DNA from: Chiloscyllium plagiosum | Taxonomy: Eukaryota | Direction: 5' to 3' | NCBI RefSeq assembly: GCF_004010195.1 | Contig: NC_057760.1 | Span: 4,308,615-4,328,614 of the forward strand | Length of the DNA: 20,000 nt | In this document: positions 19,516-20,000 of the stretch, one piece after another | Layout: every line of letters begins with the position of its first letter | Numbering within the stretch: the stretch's first letter is position 1 | Made by a program: the position numbers and the translations under genes | Notes under the pieces: generated by a model | What the model saw: the letters and a program-made list of their open reading frames with translations, nothing else | The model's database searches: none | What the model was told of the DNA's origin: nothing

Positions 19516-20000
19516 GAATTAGAATATAGAACATAGAACAATACAGCACAGAACAGGCCCTTCGGCCCACGATGTTGTGCCGAACATTCGTCCTAGCTTA
19601 AGCACCCATCCATGTACCTATCCAATTGCCGCTTAAAGGTCACCAAAGATTCTGACTCTACAACTCCCACAGACAGCGCATTCAATGCCCCCACCACTCT
19701 CTGGGTAAAGAACCCACCCCTGACATCTCCCCTATACCTTCCACCCTTCACCTTGAATTTATGTCCCCTTGTAACACTCTGTTGTACCCGGGGAAAAAGT
19801 CTCTGACTGTCTACTCTATCTATTCCTCTGATCATCTTATAAACCTCTATCAAGTCACCCCTCATCCTTCGCCGTTCCAAAGAGAAAAGGCCTAGCATGC
19901 TCAACCTATCCTCGTACGACCTATTCTCCATTCCAGGCAACATCCTGGTAAATCTCCTCTGCACCCTCTCCAAAGCTTCCACACCTTTCCTAAAGTGAGG
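19516..20000 (-). mobile_element. Young CR1 (HER1-like) 3' end, continues off the right edge
   Basis: Uninterrupted ORF 19593..19982 (ALERVQRRFTRMLPG...RGDLIEVYKMIRG...FFTQRVV) and an (AGAACAT)-type tail with GGCCCTTCGGCCC. Confidence 0.93.

Noticed and set aside
1..20000. CRISPR array, prokaryotic operon or defence system
   Set aside because: No regular repeat-spacer structure is present, and all RT and nuclease motifs belong to eukaryotic retrotransposons.

Overview
Eukaryotic, repeat-dense intronic DNA, almost certainly from a shark (elasmobranch): it carries an HE1-type V-SINE, many CR1/HER1-type LINEs, a Rex1/Babar LINE, LTR-like remnants and Penelope-like elements (PLEs). The only host coding sequence I can support is one 131-nt minus-strand exon (13954-14084), missed by the ORF track. 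It encodes the end of EGF1 plus EGF2 of a Jagged/Serrate Notch ligand (equivalent to JAG1 exon 6) and looks about equally divergent from JAG1 and JAG2. Two minimal type I hammerhead ribozyme motifs lie in PLE-derived sequence (9355-9389 and 18762-18801), both antisense to the Jagged pre-mRNA. Other points are a probable ~2 kb inversion at the window start, a near full-length CR1 whose RT core was deleted, a three-level nested insertion, a 12-bp hairpin in otherwise unique sequence, and a 908-N assembly gap. Family assignments come from motif recognition and recalled consensus sequences, not database searches, and most repeat boundaries are approximate.
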